Below are positions 29,610 through 44,200 of a DNA stretch of 64,000 nucleotides, in pieces (within the stretch, counting starts at the first letter, position 1; each line of letters starts with the position of its first letter). The stretch spans positions 12,958,001 through 13,022,000 of the forward strand of contig OZ059896.1 in assembly GCA_964057225.1 (NCBI GenBank). Direction: 5' to 3'. The DNA comes from Auanema rhodensis. Lineage: Eukaryota > Animalia > Nematoda. The position numbers were made by a program, and so were the translations under genes. The notes beneath the pieces are model-generated. The model ran no database searches, had not been told where the DNA came from, and worked only from the letters and a program-made list of their open reading frames with translations.

Positions 29610-32600
29610 CAATAAAAATTTGTTATTAGACTAATATAGACATGAGGAATCTAATTTCGAAAATCGCATCTCTTTATCTTTAACGGGAAGCGAGTTACAT
29701 ACTATGTGCACATCACGTGTACAATTAATTAGCATAAATTAAAGTTCACGTAAACTTCAAAGTCCTGGTTACCATGCACCAATATCAATAAAACTTTGTT
29801 CTCAGACTAATATGGACATGGGTAATCTAATTTTGAGAACCGCATTTCTTTATTTTTCACGGGAAGCGAGTTACATACCATGTGCACATCACGTGTACAA
29901 TTAATTAGCATAAATTAAAGTTCACGTAAAGTTCAAAGTCATGGTTACCATGTAACAATAAAAATTTGTTATTAGACTAATATAAACATAAGGAATCTAA
30001 TTTTGAAAATCGCATCTCTTTATCTTTAACGGGAAGCGAGTTACATACCATGTGCACATCACGTGTACAATTAATTAGCATAAATTAAAGTTCACGTAAA
30101 GTTCAAAGTCATGGTTACCATGCACCAATATCAATAAAATTTTGTTCTTAGACTAATATGGACATGGGTAATCTAATTTTGAAAACCGCATTTCTTTATC
30201 TTTCACGGGAAGCGAGTTACATACCATATGCACATCACGTGTACAATTAATTCGCATAAATTAAAGTTCACGTAAATTTCAAAGTCATGGTTACCATGCA
30301 CCAATATGAATAAAAATTTGTTATTAGACTAAAATGGACATGAGGAATCTAATTTTGAGAACCGCATTTTTTTATCTTTCACGGGAAGCGAGTTACATAC
30401 CATGTGCACATTACGTGTACAATTAATTAGCATAAATTAAAGTTCACGTAAATTTCAAAGTTATGATTACCATGAACCAATATCGATTAAAATTTGTTAT
30501 TAGACTAATATGGACATGAGGAATCTAATTTTGAGAACCGCATTTTTTTATCTTTCACGGGAAGCGAGTTACATACCATGTGCACATTACGTGTACAATT
30601 AATTAGCAGAAATTAAAGTTCACGTAAATTTCAAAGTCATATTACCATGCACCAATATCAATAAAACTTTGTTCTCAGACTAATATGGACATGGGTAATC
30701 TAATTTTGAGAACCGCATTTCTTTCTCTTTCACGGGAAGCGAGTTACATACCATGTGCACATCACGTGTACAATTGATTAGCATAAATTAAAGTTCACGT
30801 AAAGTTCAAAGTCATGGTTACCATGCACCAATATCAATACAAATTTGTTCTTAGACTAATATGAACATGGGTAATCTAATTTTGAAAACCGCATCTCTTT
30901 ATCTTTAACGGGAAGCGAGTTACATACCATGTGCACATCACGTGTACAATTAATTAGCATAAATCAAAGTTCACGTAAACTTCAAAGTCCTGGTTACCAT
31001 GCACCAATATCAATAAAAATTTGTTCTCAGACTAATATGGACATGGGTAATCTAATTTTGAGAACCGCATTTCTTTATTTTTCACGGGAAGCGAGTTACA
31101 TACCATGTGCACATCACGTGTACAATTAATTAGCATAAATTAAAGTTCACGTAAAGTTCAAAGTCATGGTTACCATGTATCAATAAAAATTTGTTATTAG
31201 ACTAATATAGACATGAGGAATCTAATTTCGAAAATCGCATCTCTTTATCTTTAACGGGAAGCGAGTTACATACTATGTGCACATCACGTGTACAATTAAT
31301 TAGCATAAATTAAAGTTCACGTAAACTTCAAAGTCCTGGTTACCATGCACCAATATCAATAAAACTTTGTTCTCAGACTAATATGGACATGGGTAATCTA
31401 ATTTTGAGAACCGCATTTCTTTATTTTTCACGGGAAGCGAGTTACATACCATGTGCACATCACGTGTACAATTAATTAGCATAAATTAAAGTTCACGTAA
31501 AGTTCAAAGTCATGGTTACCATGTAACAATAAAAATTTGTTATTAGACTAATATAAACATAAGGAATCTAATTTTGAAAATCGCATCTCTTTATCTTTAA
31601 CGGGAAGCGAGTTACATACCATGTGCACATCACGTGTACAATTAATTAGCATAAATTAAAGTTCACGTAAAGTTCAAAGTCATGGTTACCATGCACCAAT
31701 ATCAATAAAATTTTGTTCTTAGACTAATATGGACATGGGTAATCTAATTTTGAAAACCGCATTTCTTTATCTTTCACGGGAAGCGAGTTACATACCATAT
31801 GCACATCACGTGTACAATTAATTCGCATAAATTAAAGTTCACGTAAATTTCAAAGTCATGGTTACCATGCACCAATATGAATAAAAATTTGTTATTAGAC
31901 TAAAATGGACATGAGGAATCTAATTTTGAGAACCGCATTTTTTTATCTTTCACGGGAAGCGAGTTACATACCATGTGCACATTACGTGTACAATTAATTA
32001 GCATAAATTAAAGTTCACGTAAATTTCAAAGTTATGATTACCATGAACCAATATCGATTAAAATTTGTTATTAGACTAATATGGACATGAGGAATCTAAT
32101 TTTGAGAACCGCATTTTTTTATCTTTCACGGGAAGCGAGTTACATACCATGTGCACATTACGTGTACAATTAATTAGCAGAAATTAAAGTTCACGTAAAT
32201 TTCAAAGTCATATTACCATGCACCAATATCAATAAAACTTTGTTCTCAGACTAATATGGACATGGGTAATCTAATTTTGAGAACCGCATTTCTTTATCTT
32301 TCACGGGAAGCAAGTTACATACCATGTGCACATCACGTGTACAATTGATTAGCATAAATTAAAGTTCACGTAAAGTTCAAAGTCATGGTTACCATGCACC
32401 AATATCAATACAAATTTGTTCTTAGACTAATATGAACATGGGTAATCTAATTTTGAAAACCGCATCTCTTTATCTTTAACGGGAAGCGAGTTACATACCA
32501 TGTGCACATCACGTGTACAATTAATTAGCATAAATCAAAGTTCACGTAAACTTCAAAGTCCTGGTTACCATGCACCAATATCAATAAAAATTTGTTCTTA
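29610..32600. repeat. Higher-order tandem duplication of 9 monomers, period 1571 bp (boundaries approximate)
   Basis: ACTATG 29701/31272; TTCGCATA 30251/31822; AAATCAAAG 30961/32532. Confidence 0.88.
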
Positions 32601-35600
32601 GATTAATATGGACATGGGTAATCTAATTTTGAAAACCGCATTTCTTTATCTTTCACGGGAAGCGAGTAACATACCATGTGCACATCACGTGTACAATTAA
32701 TTAGCATAAATTAAAGTTCACGTTAATTTCAAAGTCATGGTTACCATGTATCAATAAAAATTTGTTATTAGACTAATATAGACATGAGGAATCTAATTTT
32801 GAGAACCGCATTTCTTTATCTTTCACGGGAAGCGAGTTACATACCATGTGCACATCACGTGTACCATTAATTAGCATAAATTAAAGTTCACGTTAATTTC
32901 AAAGTCATGGTTACCATGCACCAATATCAATAAAAATTTGTTCTAAGATTAATATGGACATGGGTCATCTAATTTTGAAAACTGCATTTCTTTATCTTTC
33001 ACGGGAAGCGAGTTACATACCATGTGCACATCACGTGTACACTTAATCAGCATAAGTTAAAGTTCACGTAAACTTCAAAGTCATGGTTACCATGCACCAA
33101 TATCAATAAAAATTTGTTATTAGACTAATATGGACATGGGTAATCTAATTTTGAAAACCGCATTTCTTTATCTTTCACGGGAAGCGAGTTACATACCATG
33201 TGCACATCACGTGTACAATTAATTAGCATAAATTAAAGTTCACGTAAACTTCAAAGTCATGGTTACCACGCACCAATATCAATAAAATTTTGTTATTAGA
33301 CTAATATGGACATGGGTAATCTAATTTTGAAAACCGCATTTCTTTATCTTTCACGGGAAGCGAGTTACATACCATGTGCACATCACGTGTACAATTAATT
33401 AGCATAAATTAAAGTTCACGTAAATTTCAAAGTCATGGTTACCATGCACCAATATCAATAAAAATTTGTTTTTAGACTAATATGGACATGGGGAATCTAA
33501 TTTTGAAAACCGCATCTCTTTATCTTTCACGTGAAGCGAGTTACATACCAAGTGCACATCACGTGTACAATTAATTAGCATAAATTAAAGTTCACGTTAA
33601 TTTCAAAGTCATATTACCATGCACCAATATCAATAAAACTTCGTTCTCAGACTAATATGGACATGGGTAATCTAATTTTGAGAACCGCATTTCTTTATCT
33701 TTCACGGGAAGCGAGTTACATACCATGTGCACACCACGTGTACAATTAATTAGCATAAATTAAAGTTCACGTAAACTTCAAAGTCATGGTTACCACGCAC
33801 CAATATCAATAAAATTTTGTTATTAGACTAATATGGACATGGGTAATCTAATTTTGAAAACCGCATTTCTTTATCTTTCACGCGAAGCGAGTTACATACC
33901 ATGTGCACATCACGTGTACAATTAATTAGCATAAATTAAAGTTCACGTAAATTTCAAAGTCATGGTTACCATGCACCAATATCAATAAAAATTTGTTCTT
34001 AGATTAATATGGACATGGGTAATCTAAATTTGAAAACCGCATCTCTTTATCTTTAACGGGAAGCGAGTTACATACCATGTGCACATCACGTGTACAATTA
34101 ATTAGCATAAATTAAAGTTCACGTTAATTTCAAAGTCATATTACCATGCACCAATATCAATAAAACTTCGTTCTCAGACTAATATGGACATGGGTAATCT
34201 AATTTTGAGAACCGCATTTCTTTATCTTTCACGGGAAGCGAGTTACATACCATGTGCACACCACGTGTACAATTAATTAGCATAAATTAAAGTTCACGTA
34301 AAGTTCAAAGTCATGGTTACCATGTATCAATAAAAATTTGTTATTAGACTAATATAGACATGAGGAATCTAATTTTGAAAATCGCATCTCTTTATCTTCA
34401 ACGGGAAGCGAGTTACATACCATGTGCACATCACTTGTACAATTAATTAGCATGAATTAAAGTTCACGTAAACTTCAAAGTCCTGGTTACCATGCACCAA
34501 TATCAATAAAACTTTGTTCTCAGACTAATATGGACATGGGTAATCTAATTTTGAGAACCGCATTTCTTTATCTTTCACGGGAAGCGAGTTACATACCATG
34601 TGCACATCACGTGTACAATTAATTAGCATAAATTAAAGTTCACGTAAAGTTCAAAGTCATGGTTACCATGTATCAATAAAAATTTGTTATTAGACTAATA
34701 TAGACATGAGGAATCTAATTTTGAAAATCGCATCTCTTTATCTTTAACGGGAAGCGAGTTACATACCATGTGCACCTCACGTGTACAATTAATTAGCATA
34801 AATTAAAGTTCACGTAAAGTTCAAAGTCATGGTTACCATGCACCAATATCAATAAAATTTTGTTCTTAGACTAATATGGACATGGGTAATCTAATTTTGA
34901 AAACCGCATTTCTTTATCTTTCACGGGAAGCGAGTTACATACCATGTGCACATCACGTGTACAATTAATTAGCATAAATTAAAGTTCACGTAAAATTAAA
35001 AGTCATGGTTACCATGCACCAATATCAATAAAAATTTCTTATTAGGCTAAAATGGACATGAGGAATCTAATTTTGAGAACCGCATTTCTTTATCTTTCAC
35101 GGGAAGCGAGTTACATACCATGTGCACATCACGTGTACAATTAATTAGCATAAATTAAAGTTCACGTAAATTTCAAAGTCATGGTTACCATTCACCAATA
35201 TCAATAAAAATTTGTTTTTAGACTAATATGGACATGGGTAATCTAATTTTGAAAACCGCATCTCTTTATCTTTAACGGGAAGCGAGTTACATACCATGTG
35301 CACATCACGTGTACAATTAATTAGCATAAATTAAAGTTCACGTAAAGTTCAAAGTCATGGTTACCATGCACCAATATCAATAAAATTTTGTTCTTAGACT
35401 AATATGGACATGGGTAATCTAATTTTGAAAACCGCATTTCTTTATCTTTCACGGGAAGCGAGTTACATACCATGTGCACATCACGTGTACAATTAATTAG
35501 CATAAATTAAAGTTCACGTAAAATTAAAAGTCATGGTTACCATGCACCAATATCAATAAAAATTTCTTATTAGGCTAAAATGGACATGAGGAATCTAATT

Positions 35601-36559
35601 TTGAGAACCGCATTTCTTTATCTTTCACGGGAAGCGAGTTACATACCATGTGCACATCACGTGTACAATTAATTAGCATAAATTAAAGTTCACGTAAATT
35701 TCAAAGTCATGGTTACCATTCACCAATATCAATAAAAATTTGTTTTTAGACTAATATGGACATGGGTAATCTAATTTTGAAAACCGCATCTCTTTATCTT
35801 TAACGGGAAGCGAGTTACATACCATGTGCACATCACGTGTACAATTAATTAGCATAAATTAAAGTTCACGTTAATTTCAAAGTCATGGTTACCATGCACC
35901 AATATCAATAAAAATTTGTTCTTAGATTAATATGGACATGGGTAATCTAATTTTGAAAACCGCATTTCTTTATCTTTCACGGGAAGCGAGTTACATACCA
36001 TGTGCACATCACGTGTACAATTAATTAGCATAAATTAAAGTTCACGTTAATTTCAAGGCATGGTTACCATGCACCAATATCAATAAAAATTTGTTCTTAG
36101 ATTAATATGGACATGGGTAATCTAATTTTGAGAACCGCATTTCTTTATCTTTCACGGGAAGCGAGTTACCTACCATGTGCACATCACGTGTACAATTAAT
36201 TAGCATAAATTAAAGTTCACGTAAAGTTCAAAGTCATGGTTACCATGTATCAATAAAAATTTGTTATTAGACTAATATAGACATGAGGAATCTAATTTTG
36301 AAAATCGCATCTCTTTATCTTTAACGGGAAGCGAGTTACATACCATGTGCACATCACGTGTACAATTAATTAGCATAAATTAAAGTTCACGTAAAGTTCA
36401 AAGTCATGGTTACCATGCACCAATATCAATAAAATTTTGTTCTTAGACTAATATGGACATGGGTAATCTAATTTTGAAAACCGCATTTCTTTATCTTTCA
36501 CGGGAAGCGAGTTACATACCATGTGCACATCACGTGTACAATTATTTAGCATAAATTAA

Positions 36560-39500
36560 AGTTCACGTAAAATTAAAAGTCATGGTTACCATGCACCAAT
36601 ATCAATAAAAATTTCTTATTAGGCTAAAATGGACATGAGGAATCTAATTTTGAGAACCGCATTTCTTTATTTTTCACAGGAAGCGAGTTACATACCATGT
36701 GCACATCACGTGTACAATTAATTAGCATAAATTAAAGTTCACGTAAATTTCAAAGTCATGGTTACCATTCACCAATATCAATAAAAATTTGTTTTTAGAC
36801 TAATATGGACATGGGTAATCTAATTGTGAAAACCGCATCTCTTTATCTTTAACGGGAAGCGAGTTACATACCATGTGCACATCACATGTACAATTAATTA
36901 GCATAAATTAAAGTTCACGTAAAGTTCAAAGTCATGGTTACCATGCACCAATATCAATAAAATTTTGTTCTTAGACTAATATGGACATGGGTAATCTAAT
37001 TTTGAAAACCGCATTTCTTTATCTTTCACGGGAAGCGAGTTACATACCATGTGCACATCACGTGTACAATTAATTAGCATAAATTAAAGTTCACGTAAAA
37101 TTAAAAGTCATGGTTACCATGCACCAATATCAATAAAAATTTCTTATTAGGCTAAAATGGACATGAGGAATCTAATTTTGAGAACCGCATTTCTTTATCT
37201 TTCACGGGAAGCGAGTTACATACCATGTGCACATCACGTGTACAATTAATTAGCATAAATTAAAGTTCACGTAAATTTCAAAGTCATGGTTACCATTCAC
37301 CAATATCAATAAAAATTTGTTTTTAGACTAATATGGACATGGGTAATCTAATTTTGAAAACCGCATCTCTTTATCTTTAACGGGAAGCGAGTTACATACC
37401 ATGTGCACATCACGTGTACAATTAATTAGCATAAATTAAAGTTCACGTTAATTTCAAAGTCATGGTTACCATGCACCAATATCAATAAAAATTTGTTCTT
37501 AGATTAATATGGACATGGGTAATCTAATTTTGAAAACCGCATTTCTTTATCTTTCACGGGAAGCGAGTTACATACCATGTGCACATCACGTGTACAATTA
37601 ATTAGCATAAATTAAAGTTCACGTTAATTTCAAAGTCATGGTTACCATGCACCAATATCAATAAAAATTTGTTCTTAGATTAATATGGACATGGGTAATC
37701 TAATTTTGAGAACCGCATTTCTTTATCTTTCACGGGAAGCGAGTTACATACCATGTGCACATCACGTGTACAATTAATTAGCATAAATTAAAGTTCACGT
37801 AAATTTCAAAGTCATGGTTACCATGTATCAATAAAAATTTGTTATTAGACTAATATAGACATGAGGAATCTGACTTTGAAAATCGCATCTCTTTATCTTT
37901 AACGGGAAGCGAGTTACATACGATGTGCACATCACGTGTACAATTAATTAGCATAAATTAAAGTTCACGTTAATTTCAAAGTCATGGTTACCATGCACCA
38001 ATATCAATAAAATTTTGTTCTTAGACTAATATGGACATGGGTGATCTAATTTTGAAAACCGCATTTCTTTATCTTTCACGGGAAGCGAGTTACATACCAT
38101 GTGCACATCACGTGTACAATTAATTAGCATAAATTAAAGTTTACGTTAATTTCAAAGTCATATTACCATGCACCAATATCAATAAAACTTTGTTCTCAGA
38201 CTAATATGGACATGGGTAATCTAATTTTGAAAACGCATTTCTTTATCTTTCACGGGAAGCGAGTTACATACCATGTGCACATCACGTGTACAATTAATTA
38301 GCATAAATTAAAGTTCACGTAAAGTTCAAAGTCATGGTTATCATGTATCAATGAAAATTTGTTATTAGACTAATATAGACATGAGGAATCTAATTTCGAA
38401 AATCGCATCTCTTTATCTTTAACGGGAAGCGAGTTACATACCATGTGCACATCACGTGTACAATTAATTAGCATAAATTAAAGTTCACGTAAACTTCAAA
38501 GTCCTGGTTACCATGCACCAATATCAATAAAACTTTGTTCTCAGACTAATATGGACATGGGTAATCTAATTTTGAGAACCGCATTTCTTTATTTTTCACG
38601 GGAAGCGAGTTACATACCATGTGCACATCACGTGTACAATTAATTAGCATAAATTAAAGTTTACGTTAATTTCAAAGTCATATTACCATGCACCAATATC
38701 AATAAAACTTTGTTCTCAGACTAATATGGACATGGGTAATCTAATTTTGAAAACCGCATTTCTTTATCTTTCACGGGAAGCGAGTTACATACCATGTGCA
38801 CATCACGTGTACAATTAATTAGCATAAATTAAAGTTCACGTAAAATTAAAAGTCATGGTTACCATGCACCAATATCAATAAAAATTTCTTATTAGGCTAA
38901 AATGGACATGAGGAATCTAATTTTGAGAACCGCATTTCTTTATTTTTCACAGGAAGCGAGTTACATACCATGTGCACATCACGTGTACAATTAATTAGCA
39001 TAAATTAAAGTTCACGTAAATTTCAAAGTCATGGTTACCATTCACCAATATCAATAAAAATTTGTTTTTAGACTAATATGGACATGGGTAATCTAATTGT
39101 GAAAACCGCATCTCTTTATCTTTAACGGGAAGCGAGTTACATACCATGTGCACATCACATGTACAATTAATTAGCATAAATTAAAGTTCACGTAAAGTTC
39201 AAAGTCATGGTTACCATGCACCAATATCAATAAAATTTTGTTCTTAGACTAATATGGACATGGGTAATCTAATTTTGAAAACCGCATTTCTTTATCTTTC
39301 ACGGGAAGCGAGTTACATACCATGTGCACATCACGTGTACAATTAATTAGCATAAATTAAAGTTCACGTAAAATTAAAAGTCATGGTTACCATGCACCAA
39401 TATCAATAAAAATTTCTTATTAGGCTAAAATGGACATGAGGAATCTAATTTTGAGAACCGCATTTCTTTATCTTTCACGGGAAGCGAGTTACATACCATG

Positions 39501-41200
39501 TGCACATCACGTGTACAATTAATTAGCATAAATTAAAGTTCACGTAAATTTCAAAGTCATGGTTACCATTCACCAATATCAATAAAAATTTGTTTTTAGA
39601 CTAATATGGACATGGGTAATCTAATTTTGAAAACCGCATCTCTTTATCTTTAACGGGAAGCGAGTTACATACCATGTGCACATCACGTGTACAATTAATT
39701 AGCATAAATTAAAGTTCACGTTAATTTCAAAGTCATGGTTACCATGCACCAATATCAATAAAAATTTGTTCTTAGATTAATATGGACATGGGTAATCTAA
39801 TTTTGAAAACCGCATTTCTTTATCTTTCACGGGAAGCGAGTTACATACCATGTGCACATCACGTGTACAATTAATTAGCATAAATTAAAGTTCACGTTAA
39901 TTTCAAAGTCATGGTTACCATGCACCAATATCAATAAAAATTTGTTCTTAGATTAATATGGACATGGGTAATCTAATTTTGAGAACCGCATTTCTTTATC
40001 TTTCACGGGAAGCGAGTTACATACCATGTGCACATCACGTGTACAATTAATTAGCATAAATTAAAGTTCACGTAAATTTCAAAGTCATGGTTACCATGTA
40101 TCAATAAAAATTTGTTATTAGACTAATATAGACATGAGGAATCTGACTTTGAAAATCGCATCTCTTTATCTTTAACGGGAAGCGAGTTACATACGATGTG
40201 CACATCACGTGTACAATTAATTAGCATAAATTAAAGTTCACGTTAATTTCAAAGTCATGGTTACCATGCACCAATATCAATAAAATTTTGTTCTTAGACT
40301 AATATGGACATGGGTGATCTAATTTTGAAAACCGCATTTCTTTATCTTTCACGGGAAGCGAGTTACATACCATGTGCACATCACGTGTACAATTAATTAG
40401 CATAAATTAAAGTTTACGTTAATTTCAAAGTCATATTACCATGCACCAATATCAATAAAACTTTGTTCTCAGACTAATATGGACATGGGTAATCTAATTT
40501 TGAAAACGCATTTCTTTATCTTTCACGGGAAGCGAGTTACATACCATGTGCACATCACGTGTACAATTAATTAGCATAAATTAAAGTTCACGTAAAGTTC
40601 AAAGTCATGGTTATCATGTATCAATGAAAATTTGTTATTAGACTAATATAGACATGAGGAATCTAATTTCGAAAATCGCATCTCTTTATCTTTAACGGGA
40701 AGCGAGTTACATACCATGTGCACATCACGTGTACAATTAATTAGCATAAATTAAAGTTCACGTAAACTTCAAAGTCCTGGTTACCATGCACCAATATCAA
40801 TAAAACTTTGTTCTCAGACTAATATGGACATGGGTAATCTAATTTTGAGAACCGCATTTCTTTATTTTTCACGGGAAGCGAGTTACATACCATGTGCACA
40901 TCACGTGTACAATTAATTAGCATAAATTAAAGTTTACGTTAATTTCAAAGTCATATTACCATGCACCAATATCAATAAAACTTTGTTCTCAGACTAATAT
41001 GGACATGGGTAATCTAATTTTGAAAACCGCATTTCTTTATCTTTCACGGGAAGCGAGTTACATACCATGTGCACATCACGTGTACAATTAATTAGCATAA
41101 ATTAAAGTTCACGTAAAATTAAAAGTCATGGTTACCATGCACCAATATCAATAAAAATTTCTTATTAGGCTAAAATGGACATGAGGAATCTAATTTTGAG
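36560..41200. repeat. Higher-order tandem duplication of 13 monomers, period 2273 bp (boundaries approximate)
   Basis: CACAGG variant A at 36678/38951 and TAATTGTG at 36821/39094. Confidence 0.88.
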
Positions 41201-44200
41201 AACCGCATTTCTTTATCTTTCACGGGAAGCGAGTTACATACTATGTGCACATCACGTGTACAATTAATTAGCATAAATTAAAGTTCACGTAAATTTCAAA
41301 GTCATGGTTACCATTCACCAATATCAATAAAAATTTGTTTTTAGACTAATATGGACATGGGTAATCTAATTTTGAAAACCGCATCTCTTTATCTTTAACG
41401 GGAAGCGAGTTACATACCATGTGCACATCACGTGTACAATTAATTAGCATAAATTAAAGTTCACGTTAATTTCAAAGTCATGGTTACCATGCACCAATAT
41501 CAATAAAAATTTGTTCTTAGATTAATATGGACATGGGTAATCTAATTTTGAAAACCGCATTTCTTTATCTTTCACGGGAAGCGAGTTACATACCATGTGC
41601 ACATCACGTGTACAATTAATTAGCATAAATTAAAGTTCACGTTAATTTCAAAGTCATGGTTACCATGCACCAATATCAATAAAAATTTGTTCTTAGATTA
41701 ATATGGACATGGGTAATCTAATTTTGAGAACCGCATTTCTTTATCTTTCACGGGAAGCGAGTTACATACCATGTGCACATCACGTGTACAATTAATTAGC
41801 ATAAATTAAAGTTCACGTAAATTTCAAAGTCATGGTTACCATGTATCAATAAAAATTTGTTATTAGACTAATATAGACATGAGGAATCTAACTTTGAAAA
41901 TCGCATCTCTTTATCTTTAACGGGAAGCGAGTTACATACGATGTGCACATCACGTGTACAATTAATTAGCATAAATTAAAGTTCACGTTAATTTCAAAGT
42001 CATGGTTACCATGCACCAATATCAATAAAATTTTGTTCTTAGACTAATATGGACATGGGTGATCTAATTTTGAAAACCGCATTTCTTTATCTTTCACGGG
42101 AAGCGAGTTACATACCATGTGCACATCACGTGTACAATTAATTAGCATAAATTAAAGTTTACGTTAATTTCAAAGTCATATTACCATGCACCAATATCAA
42201 TAAAACTTTGTTCTCAGACTAATATGGACATGGGTAATCTAATTTTGAAAACCGCATTTCTTTATCTTTCACGGGAAGCGAGTTACATACCATGTGCACA
42301 TCACGTGTACAATTAATTAGCATAAATTAAAGTTCACGTAAAGTTCAAAGTCATGGTTATCATGTATCAATAAAAATTTGTTATTAGACTAATATAGACA
42401 TGAGGAATCTAATTTCGAAAATCGCATCTCTTTATCTTTAACGGGAAGCGAGTTACATACCATGTGCACATCACGTGTACAATTAATTAGCATAAATTAA
42501 AGTTCACGTAAACTTCAAAGTCCTGGTTACCATGCACCAATATCAATAAAACTTTGTTCTCAGACTAATATGGACATGGGTAATCTAATTTTGAGAACCG
42601 CATTTCTTTATTTTTCACGGGAAGCGAGTTACATACCATGTGCACATCACGTGTACAATTAATTAGCATAAATTAAAGTTCACGTAAAGTTCAAAGTCAT
42701 GGTTACCATGTAACAATAAAAATTTGTTATTAGACTAATATAAACATAAGGAATCTAATTTTGAAAATCGCATCTCTTTATCTTTAACGGGAAGCGAGTT
42801 ACATACCATGTGCACATCACGTGTACAATTAATTAGCATAAATTAAAGTTCACGTAAAGTTCAAAGTCATGGTTACCATGCACCAATATCAATAAAATTT
42901 TGTTCTTAGACTAATATGGACATGGGTAATCTAATTTTGAAAACCGCATTTCTTTATCTTTCACGGGAAGCGAGTAACATACCATGTGCACATCACGTGT
43001 ACAATTAATTAGCATAAATTAAAGTTCACGTAAAATTCAAAGTCATGGTTACCATGCACCAATATCAATAAAAATTTCTTATTAGGCTAAAATAGACATG
43101 AGGAATCTAATTTTGAAAACCGCATTTCTTTATCTTTCACGGGAAGCGAGTAACATACCATGTGCACATCACGTGTACAATTAATTAGCATAAATTAAAG
43201 TTCACGTAAAATTCAAAGTCATGGTTACCATGCACCAATATCAATAAAAATTTCTTATTAGGCTAAAATAGACATGAGGAATCTAATTTTGAAAACCGCA
43301 TTTCTTTATCTTTCACGGGAAGCGAGTTACATACCATGTGCACATCACGTGTACAATTAATTAGCATAAATTAAAGTTCACGTAAAATTCAAAGTCATGG
43401 TTACCATGCACCAATATCAATAAAAATTTGTTCTTAGACTAATATGGACATGGGTAATCTAATTTTGAAAACCGCATCTCTTTATCTTTAACGGGAAGCG
43501 AGTTACATACCATGTGCACATCACGTGTACAATTAATTAGCATAAATTAAAGTTCACGTTAATTTCAAAGTCATGGTTACCATGCACCAATATCAATAAA
43601 ACTTTGTTCTTAGATTAATATGGACATGGGTAATCTAATTTTGAAAACCGCATTTCTTTATCTTTCACGGGAAGCGAGTTACATACCATGTGCACATCAC
43701 GTGTACAATTAATTAGCATAAATTAAAGTTCACGTAAACTTCAAAGTCATGGTTACCATGCACCAATATCAATAAAAATTTCTTATTAGGCTAAAATGGA
43801 CATGAGGAATCTAATTTTGAGAACCGCATTTCTTTATCTTTCACGGGAAGCGAGTTACATACCATGTGCACATCACGTGTACAATTAATTAGCATGAATT
43901 AAAGTTCACGTAAATTTCAAAGTCATGGTTACCATGCACCAATATCAATAAAATTTTGTTTTTAGACTAATATGGACATGGGTAATCTAATTTTGAAAAC
44001 CGCATCTCTTTATCTTTAACGGGAAGCGAGTTACATACCATGTGCACATCACGTGTACAATTAATTAGCATAAATTAAAGTTCACGTTAATTTCAAAGTC
44101 ATGGTTACCATGCACCAATATCAATAAAAATTTGTTCTTAGATTAATATGGACATGGGTAATCTAATTTTGAAAACCGCATTTCTTTATCTTTCACGGGA

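Noticed and set aside
30929-31129. 66-aa satellite ORF (also 56605-56805 and 54883-55065)
   Set aside because: Chance read-through where point variants remove a monomer stop (e.g. TAA>CAA or GAA). There are no protein features, and the homologous frames are closed in other monomers.
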